Below, in pieces: positions 52,923 to 62,400 of a stretch of DNA of 64,000 nt; position 1 is the first letter of the stretch; each line of letters begins with the position of its first letter. Where the stretch lies: positions 25,598-89,597 of IMG/VR virus record IMGVR_UViG_3300043313_001192; one strand, given 5' to 3'. Under the pieces are notes generated by a model. The model was not told the origin of the DNA and did no database searches. It saw only the letters and a list, made by a program, of their open reading frames with translations. The stretch comes from a virus (Duplodnaviria; Heunggongvirae; Uroviricota; Caudoviricetes). The translations under genes were made by a program, and so were the position numbers.

Positions 52923-53210
52923 TCACCCTCCTGCTGGAGGGTCCGGGATGTTCAGGGCTTGCACAGCGGTCAGGATCTTGCCGTCGTTGATCACGTCGTC
53001 ACGGGCTCCGGTGTCCGGGTTCTGGTTGACCGTCGCGGTGTCCTCGGCGTACGACCAGTCGTCGTCCCACCCAGGTTGGGAGGCGAACTCCCACTTGCGC
53101 ATGGCGACCCAGGTCTGCGGATCCGGGATGCCCTCGCTCGCTGCACACGCAGCGATCCGGCTCATCAGGCTGCTGCTGTTCACGATCTCAGTGACTGTCT
53201 GATAGCTCAT
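52923..53210 (-). CDS. tail-module hypothetical protein
   Basis: GGAG RBS; lies between tail genes. Confidence 0.7.
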   Translation of the reverse strand: MSYQTVTEIVNSSSLMSRIAACAASEGIPDPQTWVAMRKWEFASQPGWDDDWSYAEDTATVNQNPDTGARDDVINDGKILTAVQALNIPDPPAGG

Positions 53211-53379
53211 TCACTTCTCCTCTAGCGTCTCGGGTGAGGTCTTCTACCTGGAGCTTGAGGGTGGCGATCTCCATCTTCAGGTCGCTGTTCTCCACGGTCA
53301 GGTGGGCTACGCGTCGCTCGGCACCCGCAGCGATCTCGGCGATCCGCTGGAGGTAGATGTTCTCTAGCTCTTCGTTCAT
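53188..53379 (-). CDS. small coiled-coil protein
   Basis: AAGGA RBS, heptad pattern. Confidence 0.6.
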   Translation of the reverse strand: MNEELENIYLQRIAEIAAGAERRVAHLTVENSDLKMEIATLKLQVEDLTRDARGEVNELSDSH

Positions 53380-53401
53380 GCGAGCAGTCCTTAGGTGTCC
53401 A

Positions 53402-56400
53402 TCAGGTCGAGTAGGTTGAACCGCAACCGAGGTTCGCGTTTTGGGCTACTCCACCCATGGCACTGGTGAGGTAGAAGGACCCATTCGTGTTGCAGTAGAT
53501 CTGACACAGCCCCGCAGCGGAGACAGCAGGGAAGGGCGTGTTCAGGATCGGTGCCCATGTGGTGTCGGACATGGTGCCGCACAGTGTGTCGGTGGTGTTG
53601 CCGTTGACACTGCTGCCCGCAACTGCCGCACCCGTCCGGACGAAGTTGAGGTTCCCCGAAACCTGACGCCCAGCCCTGCGCCACGCCTGACTTGAGACGC
53701 TCCATCCGGTCGCTGGGTTCACTAGGGTGGATCGGCTCTCTTCTCCACCCGCCGATCCGGCAACCACGATGTTGCCAGTAACGAACCTGACCGCTCCGGA
53801 GTCACCATTCTTCACAGCGACCAAGATCCAGTTGTTCGGGACGGAGAAGTCTGAGGTGTAGTTCGTGACCCGGAAGTTGGCGGGGATGGAGGTGACAGGA
53901 CCTCCATAGGGGATCTCGTACCAGAGCGCATCCCAGTTGTCCATGTGAATCCCCGCTGCCACGACGGACCGGGGAAGCGCACCCCCGAAGTTGGCGATCG
54001 CGGTGCCGAGGGGAGGCATGGTGATGTCGAAGTTGCCGTCAGTGGTGAAGTTCAGCCCGCGCCCCATCGAGATCAGCACGAACCGTGCCGTCCACTTGAT
54101 GTTGTACCCGGTGTCCATGATCTGTGCGCCACCACCGATGATCTGGGACTGAGACCTGATCGAGTAGTAGAGCTGCTCGAACGCCTTGCCGGACAGCGAG
54201 GTGGCACCCGAGCCTCCGACGTCGAGAGCCTCCAGGTGCGCGTAGCCGTCACCGGTGAGCTTGATCTTCGGCAGTGACCCGGTGCCGATGGCGTTGGACT
54301 CGATCGAGGCTGGAGCCTGAGCGACGAAGCTCGTGTTCAGTGGCGGTGGGCCGCTGCCGCCGGTGAAGATCGGGGTATCGACACTCAGCACCGTGGCCAG
54401 GTCGGCAGGCTGCTGGTTCTGTCTGATGAAGTCGGTGCGGACCGGGGTCGTCGCCATCCGGGTCAGGAAGAACCGGAACGAGTTCACGTCATCGACAGTG
54501 CGGGTCGTACCGCGCCCGGCAGCAGGGTCAGGCAGACCAGGCACCGTCACGGTGAGCCGGGACCGCTTCTTCATCGTGATCGAGGAGTACACCGAGGCGT
54601 TCGACTCCTGGATAGTCCCTGCCGAGTCGTACCAGGTGAACGTTCCCCACCAGATCGGTGAGTCGGTCGATGCCCAGGTGATCGGCGTGTAGTTGTACAG
54701 CTGAGGACCGTCAGTAGCCGGTGCGACCGTGAACCTGGTGAAGGCACCGGTAGCTAGATCACCACACGCACCGACGGACCGGGTAGCCGGAACCGCTGGG
54801 AACTCCAGGTCGGGCAGCCGCACCGGAGACGCAGCGTCGTTGAAGACGTAGTTGTTCACCGTCCCGTGCAGCACCCAGATGTCTCGGTCGACGGCCTCGA
54901 AACCCATCCGTTGTGAGGACCCGTAGGTGACGCCGATCAGGGTCTCGTCCTGGGCGAAGAACGAGGACGCGATCACCTTGTTCGCGCTCGGGGTGATCGT
55001 GGTGTCGGTGAACGCCAATGTGCTCAGGGTGATGTCTCCCTGCGGCCATGCGAGCCACATGTTCCGCTTGGCTTGGCAGACCATGTGCGCGCGGGTAGCA
55101 CCGGTCGCGGAGAAGCACCGTCCGATGGGCCACTGCCAGAACCAGGAGAAGGTGCCGTCTTGGCGTTCGGCCTTCTTGATGGGAGCACGGGTGCCATCGG
55201 TGAGCATCGCTGAGTCGTCCCAGCTGGTGAGCATCATCTTCTCGTCGCGTGCCGCGACGTACCCCGGATCACGGAAGAGTGCCCTGGTCACCTGTCGCTC
55301 AAGCCCGCCGACCACGATGGCGGTGCTCTGCTCGAACGTGTACTGGGAGTTGGTGGCGCCGTCAGAGTTCGTGACCCTCGGCGGACGCCAGATGGTATCG
55401 GCCTTCCTGAGCACGCCATTGTCGAAGAACGTGTTCGCGGTCCTGAACGAGCCCGAGGATTCGGCACTGTCCAGATGCAGACCGTAGAACGGGTCGCACC
55501 ACTGACCCCGCGCGAATGTAGAGGAGGGGTAGTCAGTACCCAACGAGGGACCGCTGGTAGCACCCACGGTCTGGGTCTGCAGGATGGTCTTGGACCCCAT
55601 CGCGAAGGTGGACTGGCCTCTCACCTCCATGCCCTGGCTGACCGTGAGCCCGCGTGCGATGAGAACCGCGTCGATCAACGGCGTCTTCTGCGGGTCGTTG
55701 GGCAGGTCCACCCGCACCGAGACGCCATCGGGGCCGTACTGCTTGAGCCCGTCGCTGGACAGCTCCATCCGCTGCCCGGACTCTGCGGTCTTGAGCTTGC
55801 CCAGGATGGCCAGGTCAGCGTCGATCTTGGCACCCGTGATCTGCAGTGCGTCCACGACGTTGGTGTAGATGTAGCCATCATTGATGTCTGCATCGACGAC
55901 TTGGCGCAGGACTGCCGAACCAGCAGTACCGGGAGCAGCCAGGTTGAACCCGCCACCGATCTTGCCGTCCTTGGCGATGATCCGCACGTAGTAGATGAAC
56001 GAGTTGTCCTTGACCAGGAAGTCGCCGTTGGCCAGCTGTTCACGGATGGTGTAGGAGGACGAGGTGGTCTCGATCTGCTTGGTGGTCGAGTCAGGGGTGA
56101 ACGTAGCTCCGGCAGTAGAGCAGTGCACCTCGTAGGTCACCGTGTCGTGGTTGAGGATCGCAGGCCACTTGATCCCCAGCGAGGAGATAGAGCCGGTCAC
56201 CACCGGTGTGGGCGAGGACGCCGGTGCGAGGGCATCGAGGGTGGCTGCGGTGTACCCCGCGTCAGCCTTGGCCTGAGCTGCTGCGGTGTCGGCAGCCACC
56301 TCTTCGGGGGAGGGAGAGTAGAACGTCGCGTTCTGACCCAGCTCCAGCTGTGGCTGGAAGATGTAGATGTCACCAGCGGCACCGGTGAGATCGAAGTCCA

Positions 56401-59400
56401 CGAAGCAGTAGGTGGCGTTGACCGAAGTGACCCTCGACCTGACGTAGCCCTTCTGCCAGGCCGACGTGGCTGTGAAGGCGGTTACGTCCTGGTCGTTGAT
56501 GTCGACGGCGAATCCGTAGTTGGTGCCAGTGGCCGACTTGTACCAGAACGAGACCGTGTGCCAGCCGATCTGCTTGACCTCGAAGGCGCGGTAGATCCTG
56601 TTAGTAGCCGCTGGTGCGTAGAGCCGGATCACCGTCTCGTTGATCGGAGTGCTGGTTCCAGGGGTGTTGTAGGGGCCAGGGACCGAGCTGACAGTCGAGG
56701 TCGTCTGACCTGCGCCCATCCATGCGTACCGGACGTTGCTGTCCTGGAACGTCCGAGACTTGGTGAACAGGTTGGTCCCACCGACCGTCACCCGAACGGC
56801 GTCGTCGCCGAGCACCACGTCTACCCAGGAGCCGGTGCCGAGTGCACTCGCGCGCCTGAGTCTGTTGCTCTGGTCGGTGACTACCCACAGGTCACCGACA
56901 GCAGTAGCGGTAGGAGTGGCAGCGAACGCTGCGTAGAAAGTCGAGACCTTGGTGTTGACCTGGGTCTGCAGCGTGGTCACCGTGCTCTGCGGTGCTGCGT
57001 TGTACGCCTGGATCTCCTGGTCGGTGGCAGCCCTGAACGAGAGCTGGTCGAAGACGATGTTCTTGGTCCCGTCCCCGATGCCGGAGTAGTTGCCCATCAG
57101 GTAGGTGACGTAGTTCGTGAAGGTGCCGGTCGCACCCACAGGTCGACGCATCACCTGAGAGACCCGGTACCACTTGCCAAGAGTAGGAGCGGGGACCGCA
57201 ACAGCCAGGTTGAGTGTCGTTCTGTTGGGAGTGAGTCCCAGCCAGTCGAGGAGGAGACCTGCACCCGCGATCGTTCCGGAAACGAGACAGAAGTCCATGG
57301 TGCACATCACGTAATCGGTGTTCGACTGCTCTCCCATCAGGCCAGTGCCGGTTGAGCCGCTTGCTCCGTAGACACCAGACTGGCCACCGGCAGTGACGTT
57401 GAATCTGATGGCGTTCGGAGCAGTCAGGGTTGTCGTGGTCTCTCTGACACCCGAGCCGCCGTAGGCGACGTACCCGTTCGGGAGCGCTGCAGCAGCAGGC
57501 CAGTTGTCGAAGAGCGGGTTGTTGCTCCAGTTGTCCATCAGAATGGCTGCGTTGGCAGTCGACTGAGCCGCAGCGATCGCACTGTCCTGGACGCCCACCC
57601 AGCCACCGGTGCCAGAGGCACTGGCTCGGGAGAGCCTGTTGCCGTTCGCCGTGTCCACCCACAGGTCGCCGATGGCGGTCGCTGTCGGGGCGGTGGCGCT
57701 GTAGAAGGTGGTGATCTTGCCGTTGACCTGGGTCTGCAGTGTGTCGACGGTTCCTTGCGAGGCGGCGTTGTACGCCTGGATCTCCTGGTCCGTCGCTGCT
57801 CGTGCAGAGAACTGGTCGAAGATGATGTTCTTGGCCGTGACCGTTCCGAACCCGCCGTAGCCACCCATCACGTAGCCCTCCATGTAGGAGAACGTTCCGG
57901 TGAAGGTAGCTGGGCGCTTGATGGTCCGAGTGACTCGATACCACTTGTTCAGGGCCGGTGATGGCACAGCAGTAGCCAGCAGAATGTTGGCTTCGCCGTA
58001 GGCAGCCACGGTGTTGACCCATCGGACCAGATGCCCAGCGCCAGTCAGGTCACCAGAGACCAGCATGAAGTCGATGGTCACGGTCACGTAGTCGAGATTC
58101 GGCAGTCCAGACCACGAGCCGGTCGAGGCGAAATACCCGGACCCACCTGCAGTGAGGTTCCACCGCACTGCGTAAGGATTCGTACGCGTCAGCGTGGTCT
58201 CCTTGACCACAGTGCCTGATGCTCCGGAATACCCAGTCGGCAGGGCCTGTGCGGTAGGCCAGTCATCGAACATCGGGTTGGTCGTCTGAGAGTCCTGTAG
58301 AGACGCAGCGGTAGCAGCACTCATCGCGCTCGCGCTGTCCTGGACCAGCACCCAGTTGCTAGCACCCACTGCGGTAGCTCGGGAGAGCCTGTTGCCGTTC
58401 CCGGTGTCCACCCAGAGGTCGCCGACAGAGAGCGCTACAGGAGCCGAGGTCTGGTAGAAGGTGACGATCTTGGTGGACGCCAACGCAGAGGCGTCCGCCC
58501 CAGCAGTGATCTCGTTGAGGCTGATGTTCGCGACCGCCTGCATCGGCGTGCCGGTCGAGGGTGCGTAGTTGGTCAGGAACCCGATCTGCACCGTGGCCGT
58601 CGCCATCGGGAACTGGGTCGTCGCGGACGACGGCCCACCGCCGGGCAACGCGCCCTTGACTGTCCGCCCGGAGAAGCGTGTCCAGGTCGTCGGGCCATCA
58701 GCGAGAGCCGCGCCAATGTACATGAACGAGCCACCCGAGGAGGCGTTGGACACCTGCGTACCAGCCGGGATCGCCGGTCCAGCCCACGGCACCCGGAGCG
58801 TGATCACGTTGCCGCTGATCGCCCCGTCGGCGTAGCTGTCATAGCCGTAGTGGTTGCGGGAATAGGTGTTGGCTGGCCACGCCTTCCCGCCAGGATCGAC
58901 ATAGTTCCAGAAGATGAAGGCGCGCAGGTGTGTGCTCGACCCGACTGCATTGCTCCAGTTCGCAGCTGAGGTCAGCGTCACCGTGGTCGCACCAGGGTTC
59001 AACGCGACAGCAAGTGTGGTCAAGGTGTTCGGCTGCGCCATGTAGTGGTTCGGGCCGATGGCGAGGCCATAGGCGTCGTAGGGAGACAGGTAGGAGTAGA
59101 ACTTGGCGGTGCCGGAGACCTGCCGGTAGTCGTAGGCGAACTCGTAGATCTGGTTCGGATCGACCGGGATCAGCTCGTCCATGGTTCGCTGCGTCGCGCC
59201 AGCAGGGAACTGGAACGAGCCCACTGCACCGGTGGGGGCATCAGACTTGCTGTACGTGGTGATCGAGAAGTTGGTGTTGTTGCCCAGCATTCCCGTGCCG
59301 TTGGTGACCAGGTTCAAGCCACGCGACTGCACGTAGGACTGCATCGTTGCCGCCAGCGCCTGGTCTTGGTTGACCACCCAGGCAGAACCCGTCCAGCGAT

Positions 59401-62400
59401 AGAGCTTGTTGCCGTCGTCGGTGTCGAACCACAGGTCACCGTCGTCTCCCGCGAGCATCCCTGTGGGAGCACTGGTCTGGAAGAAGGACCTGACCTTGCC
59501 ATCAGCAGTCGACTGAGCAGTACCCGCAGCAGCCAGGGCGCTCGACGCAGTGCTCTGCGCAGCGGTCGCGGCTGCGTAGGAGGAACTCTTAGCGACAGCC
59601 GTGTAGGCGAAGGTCGCGTTCGAGTAGGTGATCTTGTTGGTGGTGTACAGCTCCATGTTCACCAAGTAGGTGGGCTCGGTGATGGCCCATGGAGCGAGCG
59701 GGGTGGCGACCACCGGTACTGCAGGCGCTGCTGATCCAGTGGTCACCTGCGCGTAGTAGGGAGTGACCGCAGTGATGCTGACACCTGGTGCGCCAGTGCC
59801 ACCAGTCGAGCCGGTTGCTCCGGTCCTGCTCACCGTCCAGGCGAACTTCTTCGTGAAGGCCACCCCATCGACCGTGACGGGGATGGTCAGCTCACCGCTC
59901 GTGGCCACCAGTGCGGTGGTCACGGTGACGGTGACGGTAGCTGTCGTTGTGGCGTTGTTGGTGATCGCCGTGGTGAGCCCGGTGACTTGTCCGGTGATCG
60001 TCCCGATCGTCGCCGGGAAGAGCGTCGCTGCCTTGTAGGCGATCACCTGCGCAGTAGTGCTCCCGGCCACCGCGGCTGTCTCCGTGCCGGGGAACACCTG
60101 TGCTTCGTTGGTGAGGATCACCGTGTAGGCATCAGCACCAGCAGGGCCTTGTGGGCCAGTGCCACCAGTACCGCCGGTCGCACCGTTGAGGACCTTCGCG
60201 ACCGTGAGCGTGTCAGCTACCCCGGCACCGTTGCTCATCCGCACCGCGATGGTGCTGGCCGTCATCGTGCTACCGGTGATGGTCACGACATTTCCGGCAA
60301 TCGACACACCCGCCGGAAGTGACGTGGAGAATGCCGCACCGTTGACGCTGTAGTCCCACACCGTGATCGTGGTGTTCACCGGCGTGCCCGTGACCACGGC
60401 AGTCGCAGGTGTGGTCGCACCCCCAGCTGCAGGAGAGGTCAGCGCCTGAGAGGTAGAGGTCAGCGTGATCGTGGCAGCGTTGGCTCCCGGCACTCCTTGC
60501 GGACCCTGGATCAGAGACCACTCGTAGTCAGTCGTGATGACCGACTCGGTGGGCGTCGTCTTGTTGTAGGCGATGCCCATGTAGGTCATGCCGACCGGGG
60601 AGTCGTTGATCCCAGCGCCCAGCACTGACGTGGCGTACTTGATCCAGGTGTAGGTAGCTTGACCGTTAGGCCCGATGGGGCCTTGCACTCCCTGGTTACC
60701 TTGCGGTCCTTGGGTGGAACTCCATTCGTAGTCGGTGTAGATGCTGGACTCAGTGGCCGTGGTCTTGTTGTACGCGATGCCCAGGTACGGCTTGCCAGCA
60801 GGCAGATCGCTCATCCCCGTGGTGGGAGTATCCGCGTACTTGACCCAGGTGTAGAGCTGTTGCCCGTTTGGCCCGATCGGTCCCTGTACGCCTTGGGATC
60901 CGGTGTAGCTCACCGACCAGGCGAACGTCTTGGTGAAGGTGATCCCGCCCACGGTGATCGGGACCGTCAAGGTGCCGCTGGTGGTGACCAGTGCGGTAGT
61001 CACCGTGACTGTGAAGCCAGCAGTGGCTGTGCCGTTGTTGGTCAGTGCCGTAGACAGGCCGGTGACCTGACCGGTGATCGTGCCAATCGTGGCGCTCTGC
61101 TGGACCGTGCCCTTGTAGGCGATCACCTGGCTGGTGGTCGATCCCGCGAGCGCGGCTGTGGTGGAACCGGGGAACACTTGAGCTTCGTTGGTCAGCAGGA
61201 TGGTGTACGCATCTGCGCCCGCAGGACCAGTGCTGCCAGTACCACCAGTCGGGCCTGTGCCACCTGTTGCACCGTCGAGGACCTTGGCGACCGTCATGGT
61301 GTCGGTCACACCAGAGACCCCGGTGGCGCGCACAGCGATCGTGCGGGCGGTCATCGTGGCACCGGTGATGGTCGCTACGTTGCCCGCGAGAGACACGCCC
61401 GCGGGTGCCGTGCCGCTGAACACACCACCATCGACTGAGTACGTCCAGCCCGAGATGGTGGTGTTGGTCGCCGAGCCGGTGATCGTGCTCGTGGCTGGGG
61501 TGGTCACCAAAGAAGCGAAGGTGAAGTTGTCCCACCTGACAGAGTTGACCCCGTATCCGTAGAAGCCGTGTCGCGTGCCGGTGTGTGTGGCATCGGTAGT
61601 GGTGAGGACCACCACGTCGTTGATCTTGGCTTGGAGAGTCGACCCGGCTGCTGTGACCGAGATCTTGTCGCCCGAGACGACCGTGGCAGTGGAAGTTACC
61701 AAGCTTGTGTAGGTCTCAGCACCTGCCGGACCCGCGACCCTGTAGAACTGCACGGTTCCGTTGGCATTGGCGACCAATAGGTAGCCGTTCAGATTGGTCA
61801 AGTTGCGCCGGAACGACAGTCCTCCGCCAATCCCCGCTCCGCTGATGACGTAAGAGATGTTGATATCTGAACTGCCACACTCCACGTCCGCGTAGGAATG
61901 TCCTCCCGTGGCACCTGCCGTAGCGAGGTACGCCTTGCCGCCGCTCACTCCCCACACTGCGCTGTTGTCATTGCGCCACGCTTGTCCACCGGTCTCGGTG
62001 GTGCCGAGCGAGGTGGCCGAGTCGGCACGAGTGAACGAGTCGAGGATCGTGGGGGCCGGTGAGGCGAGCGCCTGGGTCGTCGCGACCAGGTCGACGGTGG
62101 AAGCAGCAGCACCGGTGGCGCCCGTGTTGCCCGTGGCACCGGTGAAAGCCAGCGCCCAGGTGAAGACCTGGTTGAACGTGATGCCACCCACGGTCACCGG
62201 GATGGTGAACGTGCCCGTAGCGGTGGCAAGTGCCGTGGTGACTGTGAACGTGATCAGTGGTGCAGTGGTCCCGTTGTTGGTCACCGCAGCGGTGATGCCG
62301 GTAGCGCCTCCGGTGATCGTCCCGACCGTCGCAGTCTGCGCCGTGGTGCCCTTGTAGGCGATGACCGTGGTGGTCGCCGTCGTTGCCAGTGCGTTGGTGA

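Noticed and set aside
55475-61438. Long plus-strand ORFs opposite the giant tail gene (e.g. 55475-57355)
   Set aside because: Antisense shadows of a GC-biased coding strand; no recognisable motifs
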